Below, one piece after another: positions 34,091 through 44,354 of a stretch of DNA of 64,000 nucleotides; the first letter of the stretch is position 1, and every line of letters begins with the position of its first letter. A program made the translations under genes and the position numbers. Origin of the DNA: Candidatus Aminicenantes bacterium. Its GTDB lineage: Bacteria; Acidobacteriota; Aminicenantia; Aminicenantales; Aminicenantaceae. Below the pieces are notes generated by a model. The model did no database searches. It had not been told where the DNA came from and saw nothing but the letters and a program-made list of their open reading frames with translations. Location: the NCBI GenBank assembly GCA_011049545.1, contig DRHQ01000083.1, positions 29,766 through 93,765 on the forward strand. The letters are read 5' to 3'.

Positions 34091-34885
34091 ATGATCGATA
34101 CGTTCATTATTAAGTTGGTCCTTTCCTTCATTGTGGGCGGTGCTTGGGTCACAATCGCGACTTTGATCGCTGATAAATATGGAACAAAATTAGGCGGTAT
34201 TATCATAGGTCTTCCCTCCACTCTGCTCGTGTCTCTGTTTTTCATCGGTTGGACGCAGTCTCCTGGTGTGGCAGTTGAAGCGACAACGATTGTGCCGATC
34301 ATCGGAGCTGTCAACGCGTTGTTTCTGGTTGCGTATATCGCCCTGGTCAGAGTGAACTTTTGGATGGCGTTATCTGGCTCGGCACTTTTTTGGGCTTTGT
34401 GTTCGTTTAGTTTGTTAGTTTTTAAGTTCAGCAATTTTTATCTTTCATTAATGATCTATGTCATCGTGGTGTTCATTTCGTATTTCATAATTGAAAAGGG
34501 AATTAGAGTAAAATCAAAGTCCGCCCGAGAGATAACGCACACTGTCGGCACTTTACTGTTCCGGGGACTCTTAAGCGGAACGATAATTGCTCTCGCAGTG
34601 GCGATGGGAAAGATCGGGGGCCCGCTGTTGGGCGGCATATTCGCCATGTTTCCAGCCATGTTCCTGAGCACTGTATTGATCACTTATTTTTCTCAGGGAC
34701 CGCTGTTTTCCTCTGCGGTGATGAAAGTTGCACTTTTCAGTGCAGTGAGCGTGGTTTTGTATGGAGTGCTTGTGAGGTCCACGTATATCCCGCTTGGGTT
34801 GGGGTGGGGGACTCTTGTATCGATCATCATTTCTTTTTCCACTGCGTTTTTTATTCATGTCCTTGTCATCAAGAGAATATCCTGA
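34091..34885 (+). CDS. Polytopic integral membrane protein (≥6 TM helices), unknown function
   Basis: 264-aa ORF that is hydrophobic throughout. The two halves look internally similar (…GGIIIGLPSTLLVS… / …GGIFAMFPAMFLST…). Confidence 0.6.
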   Translation: MIDTFIIKLVLSFIVGGAWVTIATLIADKYGTKLGGIIIGLPSTLLVSLFFIGWTQSPGVAVEATTIVPIIGAVNALFLVAYIALVRVNFWMALSGSALFWALCSFSLLVFKFSNFYLSLMIYVIVVFISYFIIEKGIRVKSKSAREITHTVGTLLFRGLLSGTIIALAVAMGKIGGPLLGGIFAMFPAMFLSTVLITYFSQGPLFSSAVMKVALFSAVSVVLYGVLVRSTYIPLGLGWGTLVSIIISFSTAFFIHVLVIKRIS

Positions 34886-35025
34886 TAACTCCGGGGAAAG
34901 AGATAAGGACAGGTATTTATGCTCAGTAATTAGGTAACATTTTTGCTCTATCTGTCGAAGAAAAAAGTGTCATTGCGGGCGTAATACTAAAAAATCGATG
35001 AGGAATATAATATAAATTATGTCTA

Positions 35026-35075
35026 CCTGTGACTTCAAAGTTATTGATTATCAAGAAGTCTATAAATAATGAAAG
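35026..35075 (+). repeat. ~50-bp direct repeat, right copy (pairs with 33410-33460)
   Basis: cctgtgacttcaaagttattgattatcaagaagtctataaataatgaaag. Confidence 0.7.
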
Positions 35076-35238
35076 ACGGGATAGTTTGACAATTTATGTT
35101 TAAAATTCGGTCCATCTTTAGGTGAAGATAGATTTTATTTTTCGGGAAGCACAAACTCATAATCAATGAAATATTTATATTTGTTCGTATGATAGTAAAC
35201 AAGATCTGGATTCATAGAGCCGACGCATAAAAGGCGTA

Positions 35239-35260
35239 AATGGGGCCTGGCCCCATTTCT
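35239..35260. repeat. Palindromic repeat family P1
   Basis: aaatggggcctggccccattt; a half copy also sits at 35296-35320. Confidence 0.8.
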
Positions 35261-35676
35261 CATAGAGCGGTTAGATTTGCGGCCGGTTTTTTTAAAAGCA
35301 GCCTGGCCCCATTTCCCAACACCTCATTTCCCAACATCTCCCAGTCTGTAGGGTGATTTTGGCTTGTATGTATCCTCGACTGCGGTGAACTTTTTAGCCT
35401 TTTCAGGTGAGGGAATGAATGCAAAATTCATCTTTCATATCCTCTCTACTGATGATTGACAGTATGAGAGCACTCTGCAACCATATGAGCTTGCTGTTAA
35501 TAACCTGTGGAGACTATTTGAAGAAACTGTTTTTGGGAAGAAGAGAAAAATAACCTGCAGTGACCGTCTATTATTTATGAATTATTTGAGAGCTGTTTCA
35601 AGAAAGACAAACTTGATAGGAGTTGACAAATATTGTCAAATTGTTTATTTTTAAAGGAACCTTTTGAGGATCAATA

Positions 35677-37431
35677 ATGGGATCAAACCTTGGCGAACTT
35701 CTTGTCCGTGAAAAAGTCATAAATAAAGACCAACTGAAGACTGCTTTTGATTATGAAAAGAAGAATAAAGTTTCTATCGGAAGTGCTCTAGTAACCTTAG
35801 GTCATGTTTCAGAAGAAGAAATGGCCCAGGCATTGAGCCGCCAGCTGGGCTATCCTTATATTGACCTCAGTCAATTCGAAGTCTACCCCGATGTCATCAA
35901 TCTTATCCCCGTCGACATTGCCAAAAAACACATGATTATGCCTATTCATAGAATTCGGTCTTTTTTAACAATGGCCATGGTCGACCCAACAGATTTGGAT
36001 GTCATCGAAAATGTCAGGTTTCGTACGAGCTTGAGCATCCAGCCTGTTATTGCCTCAGAGTCCGGGATTAATGATGCCATAAACAAATATTACGGCTCTA
36101 CTGATTCCGACCGTGTTAAAGAAATAATAGATGAAATCGCGCATGCTGATGACGGAGCAGTAGACGTCATTGAGGAAGAAGGGGAAGAGTATAGTATGGA
36201 GGAGCTGGTTCATTCCACAGAAGAAGCTCCTGTCATCACTCTTGTGAACACGATATTTATGGATGCCATAAGAAAAGGAGCCAGTGATGTCCATTTTGAG
36301 CCGTATGAGCGCTCCTTCCGAGTGAGATACCGCATTGACGGCATTCTTCATGAAATGATGGATCTAGCCATGAAGTTCAAAAATCCGGTGCTATCACGGG
36401 TAAAGATCCTCGCTACAATGGATATAGCAGAAAAGAGGCTGCCTCAGGACGGGCGGATAAAAATGAGAGTAAAATGGGGGGAGAACAATCGCAAAGAAGT
36501 TGATATGAGAGTATCTTGCATCCCAACGATTTTTGGGGAGAAAATTGTTTCCCGTATTCTTGACCGTGAAATGTTGCAGTTAGACCTTACGAAATTAGGT
36601 TTTGAGCGAGAATCTCTTGACGTTTTTGAGAAAGCTATCGTCAGGCCCTGGGGAATTATTCTGGTCACTGGACCTACAGGAAGCGGGAAGACAAATACTT
36701 TGTATTCCGCTATTTCCAATTTAAACGCCAAGGAAAAAAACATCATGACGGCTGAAGATCCTGTAGAGTTTTATATGCCTGGAATAAACCAGGTTAATAT
36801 AAAGGACGAGATTGGTTTAAATTTTGCTACTTCTCTTAGATCTTTCTTAAGACAGGATCCGGATATCATGCTCGTCGGTGAGATGAGGGATTATGAGACT
36901 GTTGATATTGCTATTAAAGCTGCGCTAACTGGCCATCTGGTCTTCTCCACTGTTCATACCAACGATGCAGCAGGCACAATTATGAGGCTGGTGAACATGG
37001 ATGTCGAACCCTTTTTGATCGCAGACTCTCTTGCTCTAATCGTAGCCCAAAGGCTTGTGAGACGCCTGTGCAAAAAATGCCGTGAAGAACAAAAACTTGC
37101 TCCTGAAGCCCTTGTTGACATTGGCTTTTCTCCAGAAGAAGCAGGGAAAGTGAAAGCCTTTAAAACCAAGGGTTGTTCTGCTTGCAATGACACAGGCTAC
37201 AAAGGAAGGACCGGTCTTTTTGAAGTCATGGAAATAACTGATCGTATAAGAGAGATTATTTTGAGTAAGGGGCAACCCAGGGAAATAAAAGCGGTAGCTA
37301 TCAAGAACGGAATGATCAGCTTGCGTCAAAGCGGGTTGACTAAGATAAAAGACGGAGTTACAACCATCGAGGAAGTTTTAAGAGAAACTGTAAAGGACGC
37401 GGAGACAAAAAATGACACAAACAATGCATGA
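35677..37431 (+). CDS. pilB: Type IV pilus assembly ATPase PilB (GspE family)
   Basis: 584-aa ORF with an N-terminal GSPII-type domain, Walker A GPTGSGKT, Asp/His boxes and a tetracysteine motif (CKKC…CSAC). Confidence 0.9.
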   Translation: MGSNLGELLVREKVINKDQLKTAFDYEKKNKVSIGSALVTLGHVSEEEMAQALSRQLGYPYIDLSQFEVYPDVINLIPVDIAKKHMIMPIHRIRSFLTMAMVDPTDLDVIENVRFRTSLSIQPVIASESGINDAINKYYGSTDSDRVKEIIDEIAHADDGAVDVIEEEGEEYSMEELVHSTEEAPVITLVNTIFMDAIRKGASDVHFEPYERSFRVRYRIDGILHEMMDLAMKFKNPVLSRVKILATMDIAEKRLPQDGRIKMRVKWGENNRKEVDMRVSCIPTIFGEKIVSRILDREMLQLDLTKLGFERESLDVFEKAIVRPWGIILVTGPTGSGKTNTLYSAISNLNAKEKNIMTAEDPVEFYMPGINQVNIKDEIGLNFATSLRSFLRQDPDIMLVGEMRDYETVDIAIKAALTGHLVFSTVHTNDAAGTIMRLVNMDVEPFLIADSLALIVAQRLVRRLCKKCREEQKLAPEALVDIGFSPEEAGKVKAFKTKGCSACNDTGYKGRTGLFEVMEITDRIREIILSKGQPREIKAVAIKNGMISLRQSGLTKIKDGVTTIEEVLRETVKDAETKNDTNNA

Positions 37432-38530
37432 AATGCTTAAAGTTGCATGTGATAGGAATGCAAGTGATTTACATATAACAACCAACATCCCACCACGGAT
37501 CCGAGTGGATGGCAGATTGATCTCGCTCGACCACCCACCTTTAACTGCGGTTGAAACCAAGAATCTTATCTATAGTTTATTAACAGATAAGCAGAAGAAA
37601 ACGTTTGAACAGAAATTGGAGCTTGATTTCTCTTTTGGCATAAAAGAGATGGGACGCTTTCGGGGGAATGTCTTCATGCAGAGAGGATCAGTTGCAGGAG
37701 CCTTTCGGAGATTTCTTAGCCAGATGTGGAGCTTTTCTAAGTTGGGCGTTCCGCCAAGAGTTGCCCAGCTTTGCGCTCTGCCCCGGGGATTGGTCTTGGT
37801 GACAGGGTCAACAGGCTGTGGGAAGTCAACAACTCTAGCTTGCATGATTGAACATATCAATGCAGAAAGAGGAGTTCATATAGTAACCATAGAAGATCCT
37901 ATTGAATATTTTTTCTCTGCTGGTAAGGCCATGATAAACCAAAGGGAACTCGGTTCTGACACATTGTCTTACCCCAACGCGCTTCGTTCTGTTTTAAGAG
38001 AAGATCCAGATGTTGTTTTTGTCGGGGAAATGAGAGATTTGGAGACCGTGGAAGCCACCTTGCACGTGGCCGAAACCGGGCATCTTACTCTCTCAACCCT
38101 TCATACTAATTCAGCATCTGAGACGGTTTCAAGGATTGTCGATATTTTCCCTGCTCAGTACCAGGCTCAAGTAAGAATCACACTTTCCATGTGCTTGGAA
38201 GCGGTGTTGACTCAGGCCCTCTTGCCTCGAGCGGACGGAAACGGAAGAGTTCTGGCTATGGAGATCCTCATCCCTAATGCAGCGATCAGGAATCTCATAA
38301 GAGAAAATAAACTCCACCAAATATACTCCGCCATGCAGATGGGCCAAGAGAAATATGGGATGATGACTTTTAACCAATCTTTGGCCAGCCTTTATACCAG
38401 AGGGCAAATCACCCTCGAGACCGCCATGAGAGTATCCTACAGACCGGAAGAATTGACAGAGATAATTGAAAGAGGAGGAGTCGGCAAAATGGCAACTGAA
38501 GGCTTTTCTCGATCTAATATGAGAAAATAA
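37412..38530 (+). CDS. pilT: Twitching motility ATPase PilT
   Basis: 372-aa ORF: GSTGCGKSTTLA… plus PilT family His box. Overlaps the pilB end. Confidence 0.9.
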   Translation: MTQTMHEMLKVACDRNASDLHITTNIPPRIRVDGRLISLDHPPLTAVETKNLIYSLLTDKQKKTFEQKLELDFSFGIKEMGRFRGNVFMQRGSVAGAFRRFLSQMWSFSKLGVPPRVAQLCALPRGLVLVTGSTGCGKSTTLACMIEHINAERGVHIVTIEDPIEYFFSAGKAMINQRELGSDTLSYPNALRSVLREDPDVVFVGEMRDLETVEATLHVAETGHLTLSTLHTNSASETVSRIVDIFPAQYQAQVRITLSMCLEAVLTQALLPRADGNGRVLAMEILIPNAAIRNLIRENKLHQIYSAMQMGQEKYGMMTFNQSLASLYTRGQITLETAMRVSYRPEELTEIIERGGVGKMATEGFSRSNMRK

Positions 38531-38543
38531 AAGGAGGAATGAG

Positions 38544-39746
38544 ATGGCTGTTTTTGTCTGGAAAGGTAAAAATCGTTATGGAGATGTTGTCAATGGAGAG
38601 CGTGTTGCTAAGTCCATAGCAGACTTGACAAGAACTCTGAAGAGAGAGCAGATAACCGTCTTTGATGTCTCAAAGAAAAGAGTTGAGATAAAGATCCCCT
38701 TTCTTAAAAGAGAAAAAGTCAATCTCAAAGAATTATCGATCTACAGCAGGCAAATTTCTGTTTTGGTAGACGCAGATCTTCCTTTGATTCAAAGCTTGAC
38801 CATGCTGGCCGATCAGACAAAGAACGTTTATTTTAAAACTGTAATTCAAACCATTAGGAAAGATGTTGAGTCTGGTTCCACTTTAAATGAGGCCAAAAGG
38901 AAATTTCCCAAGGTCTTTGATAACCTCTACTGCAATCTTGTGGCCTCAGGAGAGCAGAGCGGTTCGCTTGATGTTATGCTGCAGCGCTTAGCCGAGTATT
39001 TGGAAAGTATTGTCAAGTTAAAGGCCCAGATCAAACAGGCAATGACATACCCTGTGGCTGTTTTGATTTTTTCTATTGTAATTACGATTTTCATGATGTG
39101 GAAGGTTGTTCCGGTCTTTTCTAATATTTTTATCGAGTTGGGAGCAGATATGCCCCTCCTTACGTTGGTGGTTATGGTTATCAGTCAGTTTGTCGAGAAA
39201 TATATATTGTTCATCTTTCTCGGGTTTATAGGCGGTATTTTTCTTTTCAGGTATTTTAAGAAAACAAAGGTAGGAAGAAGGATCATTGATATATCGATGC
39301 TTAAAATGCCTCTTTTTGGACAATTGTTCCGGAAGGTTGCCTTCTCTCGAATCACGCGAACTTTAGCCACACTCCTTTCTGGAGGTGTGCCCATGCTGGA
39401 AAGTCTTAAAATCACCTCCACTACGGCTGGAAATGTTGTCTTAGAAGAGCGTATTGTTGCGGCCCGAACCATGGTCTCCGAGGGAGGAAATCTTACAGAT
39501 GCCCTTAGAGAAAAAGCTATGTTTCCCATAATGGTAACACAGATGGTAAGTGTGGGTGAAGCCACGGGAAATCTGGATTCAATGTTGGGGAAGGTAGCCG
39601 ATTTTTATGATGATGAGGTTGAAACTGCAGTGGGGTCCCTTCTTTCTATATTGGAGCCCATTCTTCTTATCTGCATCGGAGGATTAATCGGATCGATCGT
39701 TATTTCCATGTACCTGCCTGTCTTCAGTCTGATGCAGCAGTTTTAA
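38544..39746 (+). CDS. pilC: Type IV pilus platform protein PilC (GspF family)
   Basis: 400-aa ORF with two GspF repeats and 3 TM segments. Confidence 0.85.
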   Translation: MAVFVWKGKNRYGDVVNGERVAKSIADLTRTLKREQITVFDVSKKRVEIKIPFLKREKVNLKELSIYSRQISVLVDADLPLIQSLTMLADQTKNVYFKTVIQTIRKDVESGSTLNEAKRKFPKVFDNLYCNLVASGEQSGSLDVMLQRLAEYLESIVKLKAQIKQAMTYPVAVLIFSIVITIFMMWKVVPVFSNIFIELGADMPLLTLVVMVISQFVEKYILFIFLGFIGGIFLFRYFKKTKVGRRIIDISMLKMPLFGQLFRKVAFSRITRTLATLLSGGVPMLESLKITSTTAGNVVLEERIVAARTMVSEGGNLTDALREKAMFPIMVTQMVSVGEATGNLDSMLGKVADFYDDEVETAVGSLLSILEPILLICIGGLIGSIVISMYLPVFSLMQQF

Positions 39747-39820
39747 GGAGTAGATAGACAGAAGACAAAGATAATTTTCGCAAGACAGGGGGTCGAAAAG
39801 AATCAAGAAGAACATCCAAA

Positions 39821-41149
39821 ATGCAAAAAAGACGGGAAACTGAGGAGATAGATACAAAAAAAAAAGATATCTTATGGCTAATTCTCCTTCGTTTAATCAT
39901 AGTAACGTCTCTTGTAGTTTCAGCCGTTATAATTCAATACAGCACATCAGTTTTTCTCCCGCTTAATTCCTTTTACTACTTAATCCTCTTATTCTACGTT
40001 CTCTCAGTCATCTATTTTATTTTTTATATCTGGGGAAAATATCTTATCCCTCAGGCTTACTTACAAATATTCTTCGACCTCCTTTTGATTACAGCCCTTG
40101 TCTATATTTCTGGAGGATTACAAGGGTCTTTTTACTTCCTTTATATTTTAGGAATAATTGCAGCAAGCATCGTTCTCTCCAAGCGGGCTGCCTATCTGAC
40201 TGCGGCCCTCTCTGCCATCTTTTTTGGTTATCTTGTGGTTTTGATGTATCGGAGAATCATTCCTTCTTTTGCTCCCGAGGAAATTCCGGAAATTTCTCTG
40301 GGTCTTGTTATAAACAATATTTTTATTGCCTGGAGTGCCTTTTTCCTCGTGGCCTTTTTAATGAATTACCTGACCGGGAGTTTACAGAAAACGAGGGACG
40401 AGCTTCGCCTGATTCAAAAAGAGCTTGAAATAAAAAATCGGCTGGCAGTGGCTGGAGAGGTCTCAGCCCAACTGGCTCATGAAATCCGGAATCCCCTGGC
40501 AGCAATCTCAGGCTCTGTTCAGGTTCTGAAAGACGAATTAAACCTGCACGAAGAGCAAAAAGATCTGATGAATATCATTGTTAAAGAATCAGGGAGAGTT
40601 TCTCGATCCATTGAGCAATTCCTGAATTTAGCTTCCCCGGTCAAGCAAGCCTTTTCCTCTATCGACCTCTCAGCTATTTTAGAAGAAACCGTGGTCTTGC
40701 TTCAAAGCGGCGGCGAGCTAAACGGGAACTTTCGGGTTGAGGGGAATTTCAAATCAGTCCATGTTCGATATTTTGGAAGCGGCAGCCAGTTCAAGCAGTT
40801 GTTCTGGAATATCATTAAGAATTCGCTCAGAGCAATGCCCGATGGCGGGACGTTGACTGTTGATTTCAACCAGGAGAAAAAGGATGAAATCCAATTAAGG
40901 ATGGCCGATACCGGAAAGGGCATGACCGAAGAAGAAAAAGAAAGGATTTTTGAACCTTTCTATTCTGGTTTTGAGGGTGGGCAGGGAATTGGGATGGCTG
41001 TTGTTCACCGGATTGTGGGCGACTATAAAGGGGAAATCAAGATTGACTCTGAGCTTGATAAAGGAACAGAGATCGTCATAACTCTTCCCCTGAGGGGACC
41101 TGGAAATCCAAGAATACTGAAAAGTGTAAAGAAAAAGAAAGATGGATAA
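39821..41149 (+). CDS. Membrane sensor histidine kinase (PilS-like)
   Basis: 442-aa ORF with a multi-TM N-terminus, HisKA H-box (LAHEIRNPLAAISGS) and HATPase_c G-boxes. Confidence 0.85.
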   Translation: MQKRRETEEIDTKKKDILWLILLRLIIVTSLVVSAVIIQYSTSVFLPLNSFYYLILLFYVLSVIYFIFYIWGKYLIPQAYLQIFFDLLLITALVYISGGLQGSFYFLYILGIIAASIVLSKRAAYLTAALSAIFFGYLVVLMYRRIIPSFAPEEIPEISLGLVINNIFIAWSAFFLVAFLMNYLTGSLQKTRDELRLIQKELEIKNRLAVAGEVSAQLAHEIRNPLAAISGSVQVLKDELNLHEEQKDLMNIIVKESGRVSRSIEQFLNLASPVKQAFSSIDLSAILEETVVLLQSGGELNGNFRVEGNFKSVHVRYFGSGSQFKQLFWNIIKNSLRAMPDGGTLTVDFNQEKKDEIQLRMADTGKGMTEEEKERIFEPFYSGFEGGQGIGMAVVHRIVGDYKGEIKIDSELDKGTEIVITLPLRGPGNPRILKSVKKKKDG

Positions 41150-42509
41150 AATACTCATAATAGACGATGAAAAGAGCGTTCTCGATATGCTCAACGTAAT
41201 CTTTAAAAAGGAAGGCTACAGAGTAAAGAAATCCCTTTCTGCCCAAAAAGCCCTTGAATTGATAGATGAAGAAGACTTTGACCTTATTCTCTCCGATATA
41301 AGGCTCCCGCAGATAAGCGGAATGGAGCTTCTCCGCAAGGTCAAGGAGAAAAAGCCCGGGATTCCTGTCATCATGATAACAGCTTACGGGACAATCAAAC
41401 AGGCGGTGGAGGCTTTTAAAGCAGGGGCCATAGATTATGTGGTGAAGCCTTTTGACGTGGAAGAGCTGAAAATCATTGTTTCTCAAGGGCTGGAAAAGAT
41501 AAAGCTTAAAGAAGAGAATATTTTTCTTAAAAAAGAACTCAAGGAGAAATATAGTTTCAAGAACATGGTGGGCAAAAGTAAGAAAATGAAGGAGATCTAC
41601 AGCTTGATTGAAAAGCTTGCGGCAACAGATTCCACCGTACTTATAACTGGAGAAAGCGGTACGGGAAAAGAGATGGCTGCCAGAGCGGTTCATCTTCTCA
41701 GCCAGCGCTGGGATAATCGGTTTGTCTCCATAAACTGCGGCGCTCTTCCCGAAAATCTGCTGGAGAGCGAGCTTTTTGGCCATGTGAAGGGGTCTTTTAC
41801 AGGCGCAGTGGTTAATAAAAAAGGCATGTTCGAAGTGGCAGAGAAAGGAGTTTTATTTTTAGACGAGGTGGGAGAGATGTCTCCCTGGACTCAGGTGAAG
41901 CTCCTTGGGGCTATCCAGGATAAGAAGGTAAGAAGAGTGGGTGGGACTGAGGAAATTCCGGTTGATGTCCGGATCATCGCCGCTACCAATCAAAATTTAA
42001 AGAAGAAAATCGAGGAAGAGAAATTCAGGGAAGACCTCTTTTACCGCCTGAATGTCATTTCTTTTGAAATGCCCCCTTTAAGAGAGAAAAAAGAAGACCT
42101 GCCTCTCCTTGTCTCTCATTTCCTCAAGAAATACTGCAAAAAGATGGGAAAAAAGATGAAAAGAATTGTTCCCGAAGTGATGAATATCTTCGAATCCTAC
42201 CCTTGGCCAGGGAATGTCAGGGAGCTCGAGAATCTGATAGAAAGAATCGTCGCCATCGAGGATAGGGGGACAATAACAGAAGACAGCCTTCCTGAAGAAC
42301 TTTTAAAACCCCATAAAAAGCCGGAAACCAACCTCCTTTTTCAGCAGGGTTTTAACCTCAATTCACATCTTGATGAAATTGCCCAAAATTATATCAAAGA
42401 GGCTCGCCAGGCTGCCAACGGTAACCTCAAGGAAACAGCTTCTCACCTTGGCGTCAGCTACCGCACATTGCGGTACCTCATCGATAAATACGGTTTAAAA
42501 TCTTCCTGA
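41142..42509 (+). CDS. Sigma-54-dependent response regulator (NtrC family, PilR-like)
   Basis: 455-aa ORF with a receiver domain (DD…D…K), AAA+ sigma54-activator core (GESGTGKE, GAFTGA motif) and a C-terminal Fis-type HTH. Confidence 0.9.
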   Translation: MDKILIIDDEKSVLDMLNVIFKKEGYRVKKSLSAQKALELIDEEDFDLILSDIRLPQISGMELLRKVKEKKPGIPVIMITAYGTIKQAVEAFKAGAIDYVVKPFDVEELKIIVSQGLEKIKLKEENIFLKKELKEKYSFKNMVGKSKKMKEIYSLIEKLAATDSTVLITGESGTGKEMAARAVHLLSQRWDNRFVSINCGALPENLLESELFGHVKGSFTGAVVNKKGMFEVAEKGVLFLDEVGEMSPWTQVKLLGAIQDKKVRRVGGTEEIPVDVRIIAATNQNLKKKIEEEKFREDLFYRLNVISFEMPPLREKKEDLPLLVSHFLKKYCKKMGKKMKRIVPEVMNIFESYPWPGNVRELENLIERIVAIEDRGTITEDSLPEELLKPHKKPETNLLFQQGFNLNSHLDEIAQNYIKEARQAANGNLKETASHLGVSYRTLRYLIDKYGLKSS

Positions 42510-42670
42510 AAAACTCCATAAGAAGAAAAAGTAAAGGAGATAATAGAATTTTGCCTGATAAGTGACATATTTTGTCAAATGAGAGACAAAAGATGTCATT
42601 TTGGAGTAAGGAAATTGAGATCTTAAAATATAACCTATTTATTTTCAATAAGTTAATATTTTTTTTAATT

Positions 42671-42686
42671 TGGCACAGAAATTGCT
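42671..42686 (+). promoter_or_regulatory. Sigma-54 (-24/-12) promoter TGGCAC-N5-TTGCT upstream of the first pilin
   Basis: Exact GG-N10-GC consensus spacing, ~95 bp before the pilin start. The PilR-like activator gene is adjacent. Confidence 0.7.
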
Positions 42687-42781
42687 AAATAAAGATTGCA
42701 CATTAAATTTTAATAATGTCAAATTTAACATTCTCTGGCGGACTAGAACAATAAAGTCACCAGAGCCAAGGAGGTTTTTAA

Positions 42782-43318
42782 ATGTTAAAAAAAGTAAGAG
42801 GTTTTACACTGATTGAGCTGCTTATCGTTGTTGCTATCTTAGGAATTCTTGCCGCTCTTCTCATCCCCAACGCTATTACCGCCATTCAGAAAGCGAAGCA
42901 GAAAAGCACCATGAAAGATATCGTTGTCATTTCCACAGCTGTCACAGATTATGTTACTGATAACGGAGTCACTCCCACTCAAGATGGTACTTACACAGCC
43001 ACATCTGCCTTCTATACCGGGCTTTCCCCCTTCTACGTCAAAGTCCTTCCCCTTACCGACCAGTGGGGTACTTTTTATAATGCTTACTGTGGTACTGATG
43101 TAGACGGAAATTATGGAATTAGTGGAGCAGCTGGAGATGATTTCGTAATTGCTTCCTATGGACGTGCTGGAATATTAGAAAGTTTTACCTTCAGTCCTAC
43201 CAATCCAGAAGCGGGGTTGTTTGTGGTAAGCCAGTCAGCCCATTTCAACAATGATTTAGTAATGTGGAATGGTTCCTGGATTCGTGCGCCAAGGACTTCT
43301 GCTGCAGCCGGCACCTAA
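42782..43318 (+). CDS. pilA: Type IV pilin (prepilin-type N-terminal methylation motif)
   Basis: MLKKVRG|FTLIELLIVVAILGILAAL: class III leader with G-1/F+1/E+5. Confidence 0.85.
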   Translation: MLKKVRGFTLIELLIVVAILGILAALLIPNAITAIQKAKQKSTMKDIVVISTAVTDYVTDNGVTPTQDGTYTATSAFYTGLSPFYVKVLPLTDQWGTFYNAYCGTDVDGNYGISGAAGDDFVIASYGRAGILESFTFSPTNPEAGLFVVSQSAHFNNDLVMWNGSWIRAPRTSAAAGT

Positions 43319-43358
43319 TTTCAAGCTGGTACTCGCTAAAGTACTTTCCAAACTTGTA

Positions 43359-43398
43359 AGAGGGCGATACATCAAGCAGTGTATCGCCCTCTTCTTTT
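43359..43398 (+). terminator. Rho-independent terminator after pilA
   Basis: AGAGGGCGATAC-loop-GTATCGCCCTCT followed by TCTTTT. Confidence 0.7.
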
Positions 43399-43579
43399 AT
43401 CTAACGCAATATATATTTTTACAATGTAATTGCGAGCCCTGAAAGGGCGTGGCAATCTCATCCTATAAAGACGAGATCGCCACGTCGCTTCGCTCCTCGC
43501 GATGACACTGGAATAATTGCGTTTGTATTAGTAACAAAATATAGTATAATTTTTTCTCTGGAGCTGCTTTAAAAAGAGA

Positions 43580-44143
43580 ATGCAAATGTTGAAAAAAGCA
43601 AGGGGTTTCACATTGGTTGAATTAATCATCGTTGTTGCTATCGTCGGGATCCTCTCGGCGCTTGTAATCCCCAATGCCGTAGTCGCCATACAGAAAGCTA
43701 AACAAAAAGAAACGATGAAGCAAATTACACACCTGGCCACCGCCATTGCAGATTATGTAACTACGGTTGGATACGCTCCTGATGCTGGAAATCAATCAGG
43801 TGCTATTCAATCCAGCGGCAATTTCCTAAGTTCTATTTCCCCTATGTTTTTAAGAGTTTGTCCTATAAATGATCAATGGGGGAATCCTTTTCTAGTTTAT
43901 ACAGGCACAGCCGTAACCTCGGTTTACGATATTCCTGCAGAAGATATATATGATGATGACTTTTTAATTGTTTCCTTAGGACGAGACGGAGAGGACGGCG
44001 GAGATGATAGCTTTACTTATAATACCGCTAATCCTTTTGCCGGCATGTATCAGATAGAGTCTATTGCGGATTTCAATAATGATTTGATCAATTTGGATGG
44101 AGCTTGGCTTCATGCTCCTCGAATAATGTTAAGTGGTTCATGA
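43580..44143 (+). CDS. Second type IV pilin paralogue
   Basis: …MLKKARG|FTLVELIIVVAIVGIL… The true start may be the third codon (43586), giving the same 7-aa leader as pilA. Confidence 0.8.
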   Translation: MQMLKKARGFTLVELIIVVAIVGILSALVIPNAVVAIQKAKQKETMKQITHLATAIADYVTTVGYAPDAGNQSGAIQSSGNFLSSISPMFLRVCPINDQWGNPFLVYTGTAVTSVYDIPAEDIYDDDFLIVSLGRDGEDGGDDSFTYNTANPFAGMYQIESIADFNNDLINLDGAWLHAPRIMLSGS

Positions 44144-44167
44144 TTTAAATAATTTTTAGCTATGTCG

Positions 44168-44279
44168 CCTGGGGTCAGGCCTCCATAACTTCTATAACTT
44201 TGAGGTCAGGCCTTGCCATTGGGAAGAGATATTTTCCCGCATTCTTGCCCTTATGGCATCCCCTGGGATAAGACCCCAG
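44168..44279. repeat. MITE-like element with terminal inverted repeat CTGGGGTC…GACCCCAG and an internal GGTCAGGCC duplication
   Basis: Core …ggtcaggccttgccat[tc]g[ga]gaa[ga]agatattttcc[c]gca[tc]tcttg[ct]cc… is shared with 58374-58461. Confidence 0.65.
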
Positions 44280-44354
44280 ATAATGACCCCATACCTGACT
44301 GATCCCCGCTCTCCTTTTATTCAAGGACTTATGTTATAATCTCAGCAACAAGGA

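Noticed and set aside
41076-41783. 235-aa minus-strand ORF
   Set aside because: It is antisense to, and fully embedded in, the well-supported kinase and regulator genes, and is low-complexity. It is a spurious frame.
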